Shown here piece by piece: positions 56,170 to 64,000 of a DNA stretch of 64,000 nt. Origin of the DNA: an uncultured virus (IMG/VR IMGVR_UViG_3300009074_000003) (Duplodnaviria > Heunggongvirae > Uroviricota > Caudoviricetes). The notes below the pieces were generated by a model that worked only from the letters and a program-made list of their open reading frames with translations, was not told the origin of the DNA and did no database searches. The stretch lies in the IMG/VR virus record IMGVR_UViG_3300009074_000003. One strand, 5' to 3'. The number at the start of each line of letters is the position of its first letter. Within the stretch, counting starts at the first letter, position 1. The position numbers and the translations under genes are program-made.

Positions 56170-57810
56170 ATGAGTCAATTAAATTCTCTTTTAGAAAGCG
56201 CTAATCCTTACAAGTCACTACAAAGTGATGCTGCAAGATTAGCCAACAAATGGAACAAGACAGGCTTGTTAGAAGGTATCGGAAACGAAACTGAGAAAAA
56301 CAATATGTCTATGATCCTTGAAAACCAAGCTAAGCAATTAGTGATGGAAGAAAGTAACACCGGTGGTCCACTTCCTGGAGCAGGTACATTCACTCCTGGA
56401 ACAGGAGCACAATGGGCAGGTGTAGCTTTACCACTAGTAAGAAAGGTATTTGGTCAAATCGCAGCGAAAGAATTCGTTTCGGTTCAACCAATGAATTTAC
56501 CTTCTGGTCTAGTATTTTATCTAGATTTCCAATACGGAACTGCAGGTAAACAACCTTTTGCACAAGGCGGATCACTTTATGGTGATACTGACGGTAACTT
56601 ACCATTTGGTAATGGTGCTACAGGTGGTCTTTATGGTGCTGGTAGATTTGGTTATTCAATTAACAATACTCAATCTGCTGCTTATGCAGTAGCTTCTGGT
56701 TCTGTTGATTGGTATAGTGATTTGAATGCTGATTCTTCAGTATCTCAGTCTTATGTTGCAGGTGCTTCAGGTCAAATTGTAAAATTAACTGTCCCTTCTG
56801 CTTCATTACCTAACTTTGATGAAAGAGCAGTAAGAGGTTTTTACCTTTCAGGTTCAGCTGCTGATTTACCAGCTTCTGCTACTCAATACCCACAATTTAC
56901 TAAAATCAATGGTGCAAACATTGAATTCTTTGTAGGTTCTGATGTTGTTGAAGCAGGTGCATTAAAAGTTGAGTATTTACTACAAACAAATGACGCTCAA
57001 AGAGGTGATTTTGAAGATGGTAATAACAACTTAAATGCTGACAACACTCCAATTTCAATTCCAGAAATCAATATTCAAATGCAGTCGGAAGCAATTGTTG
57101 CTAAGACTCGTAAATTGAAAGCTGTTTGGACTCCTGAGTTTGCTCAAGATCTTAACGCTTACCACTCTTTGGATGCTGAAGCTGAATTAACTTCAATTAT
57201 GAGTGAGTATATCTCATTAGAAATTGATTTAGAAATTCTTGATATGTTGATCGAATCTGCTGCTGCTGGTACTGAGTACTGGAGTGCACAGAATAACTTA
57301 GCATTAGCTTCAACAGGTGTTGTAGATTCAGATTTAGGTTTCTACAACTCACAAGGACAATGGTTCCAAACTTTAGGAACTAAAGTTCAGAAATTGAGTA
57401 ATATCATTCACCAGAAAACTCTAAGAGGTGGAGCTAATTTTATGGTATGTTCTCCAACAGTAGCTACAATTATCGAATCCATTCCAGGATTTGCTAGTAC
57501 TTCTGATGGTGATGCTGCTAAAATGAGCTACGCATTTGGTGTACAAAAAGCAGGTACTATCAATTCAAGATACACAGTTTATAAGAATCCATACATGACT
57601 GAAAATACCATTTTAATGGGCTTTAGAGGTGGACAATTCTTAGAAGCAGGTGCTGTATTTGCTCCATATATTCCGTTAATCATGACTCCATTAGTATACG
57701 ATCCAAATACCTTTACTCCAAGAAAAGGTCTATTAACTCGTTACGCTAAGAAAGTCGTAAGACCAGAATTTTATGGTAAGATCTTCGTAGAAGGTTTAAA
57801 CACTCTATAA
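56170..57810 (+). CDS. Major capsid protein (T4 gp23-like)
   Basis: PLVRKVF, VQPMNLPSGLVFYL, AKTRKLKAVWTPEFAQDL-x-AYH-x-LDAEAEL, APYIPL and TRY motifs. Confidence 0.95.
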   Translation: MSQLNSLLESANPYKSLQSDAARLANKWNKTGLLEGIGNETEKNNMSMILENQAKQLVMEESNTGGPLPGAGTFTPGTGAQWAGVALPLVRKVFGQIAAKEFVSVQPMNLPSGLVFYLDFQYGTAGKQPFAQGGSLYGDTDGNLPFGNGATGGLYGAGRFGYSINNTQSAAYAVASGSVDWYSDLNADSSVSQSYVAGASGQIVKLTVPSASLPNFDERAVRGFYLSGSAADLPASATQYPQFTKINGANIEFFVGSDVVEAGALKVEYLLQTNDAQRGDFEDGNNNLNADNTPISIPEINIQMQSEAIVAKTRKLKAVWTPEFAQDLNAYHSLDAEAELTSIMSEYISLEIDLEILDMLIESAAAGTEYWSAQNNLALASTGVVDSDLGFYNSQGQWFQTLGTKVQKLSNIIHQKTLRGGANFMVCSPTVATIIESIPGFASTSDGDAAKMSYAFGVQKAGTINSRYTVYKNPYMTENTILMGFRGGQFLEAGAVFAPYIPLIMTPLVYDPNTFTPRKGLLTRYAKKVVRPEFYGKIFVEGLNTL

Positions 57811-57834
57811 TCAATAGATTATAAATAAATTAAG

Positions 57835-57862
57835 AGCCCCGCGTCAGCGGGGCTTTTTTTTT
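57835..57862 (+). terminator. Intrinsic terminator after the major capsid gene
   Basis: AGCCCCGC-GTCA-GCGGGGCT plus a T run. Confidence 0.9.
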
Positions 57863-57931
57863 GTTACTAGTGTGTACCTAGTAGGTAGTTAGTATATTTA
57901 TACTCGAATATTAATTAAAATAGTTTTTAAA

Positions 57932-58846
57932 ATGAAAGAAACCCCTTCACAGTTACCGATTCAAAGTTATGTAATGAATTTCCCACATACTTTCTCAACA
58001 AATGACCCTAATAACGTTTGGATGAAAGAAATGTCCGATAAAGAGTTAGCTATAAATAGACCTAAAGCATACAAACAATTTATGGATTTGTATAATTTTA
58101 TGGCTGGTCAATCATTAGTACATTTGTTACCTGCAGAAGGTAATTTTCAAGATTTAATATACGTTGCTAATTTAGGGTTACAATTACCCCACATTAAAGA
58201 TGAAAACCATATTTTATTATCAAATTATACTTCACCTCCAAGACAGGGTGAAGAATATGTTGGTGAAAAATTCTTTAATCAAATGGGTTATAAAACCCAC
58301 ATTTCTCCCCATAAATGGGAAGGGGAAGCAGATATAAAATATCTAAAAGATAATGTTTATATTGGGGGGTATGATATAAGATCAGATATTAAAACCTACC
58401 ACTGGATGGAAGAAAATTTTGATATGAAAGTAATCAAAGTTAAAATGGTTGATGAATATATGTATCACTTAGACTGCAGTATCTTCCCGTTAAATACGCG
58501 ATCAACTATGGTTTGCACTGAGTTATATGATAAAACAGAGTTAGCGCAAATAAGCAAATATACAAATATAATAGATATAAATGCTGATGATTCTACTTAT
58601 GGAATGGCCAATTCTGTTAGATTAGGAAACATGATATTATGTGCCTCAAACATTTCAGAATTAAAAAAATCAGATGAATTTTATGAGGGTGAAAAACACA
58701 AAATTGAATCATTAGAAAAAATATGTTCTGACGAGGGGATGGAACCTGTTATATTTAATTTATCTGAATATATGAAATCTGGAGCTATGTTAAGTTGTAT
58801 GGTAATGCATTTAAATAGAGTTGATCACTTTAAATCACTTCTTTAA
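57932..58846 (+). CDS. Amidinotransferase/pentein-family enzyme (arginine dihydrolase/deiminase/DDAH-like)
   Basis: NxWM, DLIYVAN, EGEAD, YHLDC and KSGAMLSC (catalytic Cys); TATTTATA at 57895-57902. Confidence 0.85.
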   Translation: MKETPSQLPIQSYVMNFPHTFSTNDPNNVWMKEMSDKELAINRPKAYKQFMDLYNFMAGQSLVHLLPAEGNFQDLIYVANLGLQLPHIKDENHILLSNYTSPPRQGEEYVGEKFFNQMGYKTHISPHKWEGEADIKYLKDNVYIGGYDIRSDIKTYHWMEENFDMKVIKVKMVDEYMYHLDCSIFPLNTRSTMVCTELYDKTELAQISKYTNIIDINADDSTYGMANSVRLGNMILCASNISELKKSDEFYEGEKHKIESLEKICSDEGMEPVIFNLSEYMKSGAMLSCMVMHLNRVDHFKSLL

Positions 58847-59613
58847 TGGCTGAAAAACTAGAAGACTGGTTAAATGGAGAAGTTGCAGAATTATCTAAAA
58901 AGTCTGTAGGAGAGTTAAGTAATAATTTTTTCTTTAGAGATCCATTAAGGCCAACACATATAGATTATAAGCATTTTTATAGCCCAGCAGATGGAACTAT
59001 TTTATATCAAAAAGTAGTACAACCTGGTGATCAAGTTTTAGAAATAAAAGGTGTTGATTACACACTTCAAGATGTAATGGGAGATCGTGATTATAATCAC
59101 CCTTCTTTAGTTATTGGAATATTTATGTCATTTTATGATGTACATATTAATAGAATTCCATACGGGGGTGTACTTAAATATAAACGTTTGGAGCCTATTG
59201 AATCTACTAATCAACCTATGTTAGCTGTAGAGAAGGATATATTAAATAAAGTAATTAATCCTAACAACATGGCATATTTAAAATACAATGAAAGAATGTC
59301 TAACCAAGTGTATGTTCCCTCTTTGGATTATACATACCATTTAATACAAATTGCCGATGAAGATGTAAATGTAATAGCCCCTTTTAAACAACAAAATGAT
59401 CTTTGTGTCCAAAACGAAAGATTCAGTTTAATTAGATGGGGTTCCCAAGTAGATTTAGTTCTACCTCTAGATTCTAGATATGAGTTTGAGACTGTATTAG
59501 ATAATACAATGCATGTAAATGCTGGTCTTGATAAATTAATTAAAATAAACCACACTCAAAAATGCCTTCAAAACCCCACACAGACGAAGTACACAGAAAA
59601 CAAAGAACTGTGA
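58846..59613 (+). CDS. Phosphatidylserine-decarboxylase-family pyruvoyl enzyme with no N-terminal membrane segment
   Basis: FFRDP, SPADG, IFMS..DVHINRIP and WGSQVDL self-cleavage motif. Confidence 0.82.
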   Translation: MAEKLEDWLNGEVAELSKKSVGELSNNFFFRDPLRPTHIDYKHFYSPADGTILYQKVVQPGDQVLEIKGVDYTLQDVMGDRDYNHPSLVIGIFMSFYDVHINRIPYGGVLKYKRLEPIESTNQPMLAVEKDILNKVINPNNMAYLKYNERMSNQVYVPSLDYTYHLIQIADEDVNVIAPFKQQNDLCVQNERFSLIRWGSQVDLVLPLDSRYEFETVLDNTMHVNAGLDKLIKINHTQKCLQNPTQTKYTENKEL

Positions 59614-60296
59614 AGAACCCAATAAAATTCAAAATAAGTTTAAACGAGGAACAAAAAGAAGCCAAACAAAAAATATTAGATAACACATTAACCCTATTAG
59701 CCGGAAGAGCAGGATCTGGAAAAACACTCCTAGCATGTCAAGTTGCTTTAGATGGTCTTATACGAAGACACTATTCAAAAATAATCATTACTAGACCTAC
59801 AGTTTCAAAAGAAGAAATAGGATTTTTACCTGGGGATTTAAGAGAAAAAATGGATCCTTGGATTCAACCTATTTACCAAAATATGTATGCCTTATATGAT
59901 AAGGTAAAAGTAGAAAAATTAATTGAGGATGGCAAAGTAGAAATAGTTCCTTTAGCATTTATGAGAGGAAGAACCTTTTTAGACTCTTGTATTATTGTAG
60001 ATGAAGCTCAGAATGTTACTCATGAACAAATGGAAATGATTTCAACCCGAATAGGATTAAGATCAAAAATGATTATTTGTGGTGATGACCACCAAGTTGA
60101 TTTGAAATCAAAACGAGAATCTGGTTTTAGATTTTTATACTCAGCAGCTCGTAAAGTAAAAAATATGTGTTCTATTACTTTAATGCAAAATCATAGAGAC
60201 CCAATTGTGGATAACTTGATTGAAATTTATGAAGAAGCTGAAAGTAGGGGGATTATTAAAGGATCCTCCGGCACTAGCGGAAAAGCTAGGCGATAG
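59562..60296 (+). CDS. phoH: PhoH-family ATPase
   Basis: GRAGSGKT, RP, GFLPG, FMRGRTF, DEAQN and GDxxQxD motifs. Confidence 0.93.
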   Translation: MPSKPHTDEVHRKQRTVKNPIKFKISLNEEQKEAKQKILDNTLTLLAGRAGSGKTLLACQVALDGLIRRHYSKIIITRPTVSKEEIGFLPGDLREKMDPWIQPIYQNMYALYDKVKVEKLIEDGKVEIVPLAFMRGRTFLDSCIIVDEAQNVTHEQMEMISTRIGLRSKMIICGDDHQVDLKSKRESGFRFLYSAARKVKNMCSITLMQNHRDPIVDNLIEIYEEAESRGIIKGSSGTSGKARR

Positions 60297-60309
60297 TCCT
60301 AAAAATTTA

Positions 60310-60340
60310 AAAGGGGCTTAGCAATTAAGCCTCTTTTTTT
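60310..60340 (+). terminator. Intrinsic terminator after phoH
   Basis: AAAGGGGCTTA-GCAAT-TAAGCCTCTTT plus a T run. Confidence 0.75.
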
Positions 60341-60363
60341 ATATATTTATAACAAAAATAATT

Positions 60364-61677
60364 ATGGCATCAATACTTACTCCATCAGCATTTCAGATTA
60401 AAATAAAGGAGGAACACGTAGTTAAGGGTATTAAAACTACAAATGAAACATTTTTTACATTAGGGAATATTACTAATGTAGATAGAAGAATAGTTACAAT
60501 ACCAGCTCAAACTCCAATTGATTTATTTAATGTCAATGGGGTAAGACCTTCAGCAGGAACTTTTCCATCAAGTAGTATGAAATATGCTAGGATTACTAAT
60601 TTAGACACAACATCTTCATTAGCAGTTTCTTTTACATCATCAAAGTCACCTGATGGGATAGGCGTTATAGGTACGGATTTAACTTCATCTTATACAAGCG
60701 GTGGTGTTGGGGGTGTAATTGGGTTATACGCAGGTGTACCAACTACAGCAAGTGTTAGTGGTAGTGGGATGACATTAGATGTTGTTATTTCTTCATCTTT
60801 AATAATGAGTCAAAGTTTAGGATTAAATATTGCACCCGATGATTGTGCTACTGGAACTTATAATGTTAATTTAATAGGAGGTAGCGGTACTGGAGCAACA
60901 GCTCAAGCAGTAGTTACAGGAGCAAATCCATCTACACCAACATTATCAACTGTAATGGTATTAAATCCTGGAAGAGGATATGTAGTAGGAGATTTATTAA
61001 CAATTGCAAGCGGAGATTTAGGAACGGGACAATTAGTAACAAATCAACCTTTTACTAATAACGGTTTAATTCCTAATGTAACAAATAATATAACAAGAGA
61101 AATAGCAGTTTATACAGCTACAGGTCAAGGTGGTACAGTTAGTGTAAAGTCAGATGGTGGTGTAATTACAGTAGTAAAACCAGTAAATATAGGAACAGGA
61201 TATTTGGAAAATCAAACAATTACAATATCTCAAGATCAACTAACTAATGTAGGGTTTGGAGTAGTAAGTTCAGATTATACTAATACATTAATAGCAGATG
61301 ATGTTGCTGATTCATCTGCAGCATCTATGTTAGCCTTAACTAGTAGTAATATAAATACAAACGTATTTCAAGCAAAAATAGCAGCAGGTGGAAGTGGGTA
61401 TGAAGTAGGAGAAACAATTACAGTAAATGGTGCTGAAATAGGTAATTCAACAGATGCCGTATTTACTTTAACCTTAAATGATTTTACAGAAAATGGAGCA
61501 AGAAGTTACTGGACGATGGATGTATTACCTACATCATCTTTAATGTTTTCAAGTCCTCAAGTTACAGGAAGTACATTTAACGGCTTCTTTGAGCAAGATA
61601 TAGAATTTGTTTCTGTGTATGCTGAAACAGAAAGGATGGATGTTGAATACGTAGTTGTTAACTCAGATAACGCATAA
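60364..61677 (+). CDS. Structural protein with Gly-rich GxGY-x-xG(D/E)-x-(L/I)T repeats
   Basis: PGRGYVVGDLLTI, IGTGYLENQTITI and GGSGYEVGETITV; TATTTATA at 60344-60351. Confidence 0.65.
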   Translation: MASILTPSAFQIKIKEEHVVKGIKTTNETFFTLGNITNVDRRIVTIPAQTPIDLFNVNGVRPSAGTFPSSSMKYARITNLDTTSSLAVSFTSSKSPDGIGVIGTDLTSSYTSGGVGGVIGLYAGVPTTASVSGSGMTLDVVISSSLIMSQSLGLNIAPDDCATGTYNVNLIGGSGTGATAQAVVTGANPSTPTLSTVMVLNPGRGYVVGDLLTIASGDLGTGQLVTNQPFTNNGLIPNVTNNITREIAVYTATGQGGTVSVKSDGGVITVVKPVNIGTGYLENQTITISQDQLTNVGFGVVSSDYTNTLIADDVADSSAASMLALTSSNINTNVFQAKIAAGGSGYEVGETITVNGAEIGNSTDAVFTLTLNDFTENGARSYWTMDVLPTSSLMFSSPQVTGSTFNGFFEQDIEFVSVYAETERMDVEYVVVNSDNA

Positions 61678-61687
61678 ATAAAAAACT

Positions 61688-62851
61688 ATGGCAAATATAC
61701 CAATATGGCCCGGATCTAGTTCATTCCACCCAGGAGATACACCTTTTGGGTTTTATGATAATGATCCTGAATTCCAAATAGACGCAGATAAATTTTCAAC
61801 TTTTGCAGCAAGAAGATTAGGATATCCTATTGTGGATGTTGAACTTCAAGATTTAAACTTTTATGCTGCTTTTGAAGAAGCAGTAACAATATATGCTAAT
61901 GAATTATACGGGTTTAAAATTAGAGATAATTATTTAACCTTAGAAGGAGCAGATGCTTCTACTATGGATATTGAAAATTCAGTTGTTGTTCCAAATCTAG
62001 GAAGAATAATCCAAATGTCAGAACAATATGGGGTTGAAGCTGGTACTGGTGGTAATGTTGACTGGCATACAGGTCATGTTAATTTAACAAAATCAGTACA
62101 AGATTATAATTTAGAAGAATGGGCAAAGGATACTATACCACATTATAAGGATCATGATATAGAAATTATGAGAGTTTTTTATGAAGCTCCACCTGCAATG
62201 TTAAGATTTTTTGATCCTTATGTAGGAGCAGGAATGGGTACTATGGATATGATGGATACTTTTGGTTGGGATGGATTTTCTCCTGCTGGTGTAAATTTCA
62301 TGTTAATGCCTATTAATTATGATTTACAAGTTATCCAACAAATAGAATTTAATGATATGATCAGAAGAGCAAATTATTCTTTTGAAATGCATAACAATAA
62401 TTTAAGAATTTTCCCAATACCCGATGGATCAGTCCCAAAATTATACTTTGAATATATTCTTAACTCAGAAAGATCTTCAGCTTCCTTTGTAGTAGGTGGA
62501 AGTAGTACTATTACTAATATATATGATGTACCTTATAAAAACCCAAATTACGATGATATTAACTCAGTAGGTAGAAGTTGGATATTTGAATATGCTTTAG
62601 CTTTATGTAAAGAAATGTTAGGGTATGTTAGAGGTAAATATCAAGTAGTACCAGTCCCTGGGGATAATGTTACACTAAATGCAAATGATTTAATTACAGC
62701 AGCTACTGGAGAAAAAGAAAGATTAATTGATAGGTTAAGGGCTTATTTAGGAGAAACATCAAGAGAAAAATTACTAGAAAGAAGAACAGCCGAAAGCGAT
62801 TTCATTGAAAAAGAATTAGGCAAGGTTCCATTTCCAATTTATATAGGATAA
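61688..62851 (+). CDS. Neck/head-tail adaptor protein (gp13-like)
   Basis: RRLGYPIVDVEL, WIFEYALALCKEMLG-x-x-RGKY and VTLN motifs. Confidence 0.8.
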   Translation: MANIPIWPGSSSFHPGDTPFGFYDNDPEFQIDADKFSTFAARRLGYPIVDVELQDLNFYAAFEEAVTIYANELYGFKIRDNYLTLEGADASTMDIENSVVVPNLGRIIQMSEQYGVEAGTGGNVDWHTGHVNLTKSVQDYNLEEWAKDTIPHYKDHDIEIMRVFYEAPPAMLRFFDPYVGAGMGTMDMMDTFGWDGFSPAGVNFMLMPINYDLQVIQQIEFNDMIRRANYSFEMHNNNLRIFPIPDGSVPKLYFEYILNSERSSASFVVGGSSTITNIYDVPYKNPNYDDINSVGRSWIFEYALALCKEMLGYVRGKYQVVPVPGDNVTLNANDLITAATGEKERLIDRLRAYLGETSREKLLERRTAESDFIEKELGKVPFPIYIG

Positions 62852-62852
62852 T

Positions 62853-63449
62853 ATGGCATTATTTGGAGGAGCAAGAGACATAAGTTTATTTAGACATCTA
62901 AATAGAGAGTTAATGGCAGACATCATTACTCAGCAATGTTCTTTTTATAAGTTTAAGTTAGAAGAAACTAAAGTAAACATATATGGAGAAGCAGCAGAGG
63001 AAAAATTCTACATGGGTCCTGTTTTACTAAATTGTCTAATTGAAAGATCAAATGAAGAATTTCCTGAAACAGATTTAGGTACTGACTTTACTTGGGGTGC
63101 TACCTTTAAATTTTTAAGAGATGATTTATTAGGAAAAATGAAAGAATTTAATTTAGATTTTGCACCTACAAACTATCAATATGGAGCTGATTTAGTTCCT
63201 GAAGTTGGAGATATAATTTTATATAATGAAGGATATTATGAAGTAGATAATGTAAATGCTAACCAATATTTTATGGGTAAAAATCCAGATTATCCTAATT
63301 CACCTCAATTACAAAACCCAGGCTTAGAAAATTTTGGAACTTCAGTTTCAATTATAGTTGAAACACATTATGTACCTGCTGATAAGGTTGGTATTACACA
63401 AGAAAGATTGTATACTGGAAATAATTCAAACCCATCACTAAATGGCTAA
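62853..63449 (+). CDS. Neck/head closure protein (gp14-like)
   Basis: NIYGE, PEVGDII..YYEV; position after the gp13-like gene. Confidence 0.7.
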   Translation: MALFGGARDISLFRHLNRELMADIITQQCSFYKFKLEETKVNIYGEAAEEKFYMGPVLLNCLIERSNEEFPETDLGTDFTWGATFKFLRDDLLGKMKEFNLDFAPTNYQYGADLVPEVGDIILYNEGYYEVDNVNANQYFMGKNPDYPNSPQLQNPGLENFGTSVSIIVETHYVPADKVGITQERLYTGNNSNPSLNG

Positions 63450-64000
63450 AAGAGGAAAAATACCAACACCTAAAACTCAAAGAGAAATATTAAATTCTCA
63501 AATTGATCCATACAGCCCACCAGCTGGTTCTCCTGGTTTTTCAGATACAGGTAATCCTAATAATGCTGATACTCCTAATAGAGGTAACCAAGTATCATTT
63601 AGAGATGATACTACTAAACCTTTTAGTTTAGGAATTAAAGATATAGATGAAGCTATTGCTTATTATATGGAAGAAGTAATTCAACCTACCGTAATACAAA
63701 ATGGGGCAGTACAACAAGTACCATTTATTTATGGTTCTCCTGAAAGGTGGAAGCAGGTACAAAAAGATGGGTATTATAGAGATAAAAAAGGTAAAATTAT
63801 GTTACCTTTAATTACTTTTAAACGTAACAATATTGAAAAAGTTAGAAATATAGCTAATAAATTAGATGCAAATAACCCACATAATGTAAATATTTTTCAA
63901 AAACAATATAGTGTTAGTAATGCTTATGATAATTTTGATATACTAAATAATAAAAGACCTGATAAGGTTAATTATGCAGTAGTAGTACCTGACTATGTAA
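63442..64000 (+). CDS. Tail terminator/sheath stabiliser-like protein (gp15-like), runs off the window end
   Basis: ATG at 63442, open to the end; VPFIYGSPERW...LPLITFKR; gp13-gp14-gp15 order. Confidence 0.6.
   Translation, partial: MAKRGKIPTPKTQREILNSQIDPYSPPAGSPGFSDTGNPNNADTPNRGNQVSFRDDTTKPFSLGIKDIDEAIAYYMEEVIQPTVIQNGAVQQVPFIYGSPERWKQVQKDGYYRDKKGKIMLPLITFKRNNIEKVRNIANKLDANNPHNVNIFQKQYSVSNAYDNFDILNNKRPDKVNYAVVVPDYV

Noticed and set aside
123..59555. All minus-strand ORFs in the track (e.g. 4250-4516, 30233-30733, 55442-55819)
   Set aside because: They are shadows of well-supported + strand genes, with Ser/Phe/Leu-rich antisense composition and no motifs
1..64000. Stop-codon reassignment, as seen in some large Bacteroidota phages
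   Set aside because: Conserved genes are full length in the standard code, TAG and TGA both end genes at sensible places, and no suppressor tRNA is seen
1..64000. CRISPR array, integrase, transposase or reverse transcriptase/DGR
   Set aside because: No regularly spaced repeats or matching protein motifs were seen by eye; the 28288 nuclease lacks the Cas4 four-Cys pattern and has no cas context

Overview
A 64-kb, very AT-rich segment of a large dsDNA tailed phage with T4-like (myovirus-type) morphogenesis genes. Every credible gene is on the + strand and uses the standard genetic code. The host is probably in Bacteroidota/Flavobacteriia. Evidence for this: a type-IX-secretion (T9SS) type-B C-terminal-domain protein, an Hc1-like histone H1-like protein, A-rich start contexts without Shine-Dalgarno sites, and TTGG-N~17-CGTATATT promoters. 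Layout: (1) early/accessory block at 0-7 kb (DUF932, cytidylyltransferase, UvsE, tRNA-Leu, tRNA-Arg, an odd tRNA-like element, the T9SS-CTD protein, an HD hydrolase); (2) gp55-like sigma factor and baseplate block at 7-27 kb, including a 2722-aa protein with an internal Hint domain; (3) GIY-YIG nuclease, primase and exonuclease; (4) a ~13-kb cluster at 29-42 kb of modular proteins with shared leaders and recurring (L/I/V)-x-E motifs, read as capsid-internal cargo processed by the prohead protease; (5) FAD oxidoreductase, cupin, FkbM methyltransferase and kinase; (6) terminase, portal, protease, scaffold and major capsid protein; (7) an amidinotransferase + soluble PSD-like decarboxylase + PhoH unit; (8) neck genes. 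A TATTTATA motif precedes at least 13 transcription units. The best novelty candidates are the cargo polyprotein system, a possible new Arg-to-putrescine pathway, the phage-encoded T9SS substrate, the tRNA-like RNA with a displaced D-arm, an unannotated 22-aa metallothionein-like peptide, and the Hint domain in the giant structural protein. All family assignments come from recognising motifs by eye; no database searches were run.
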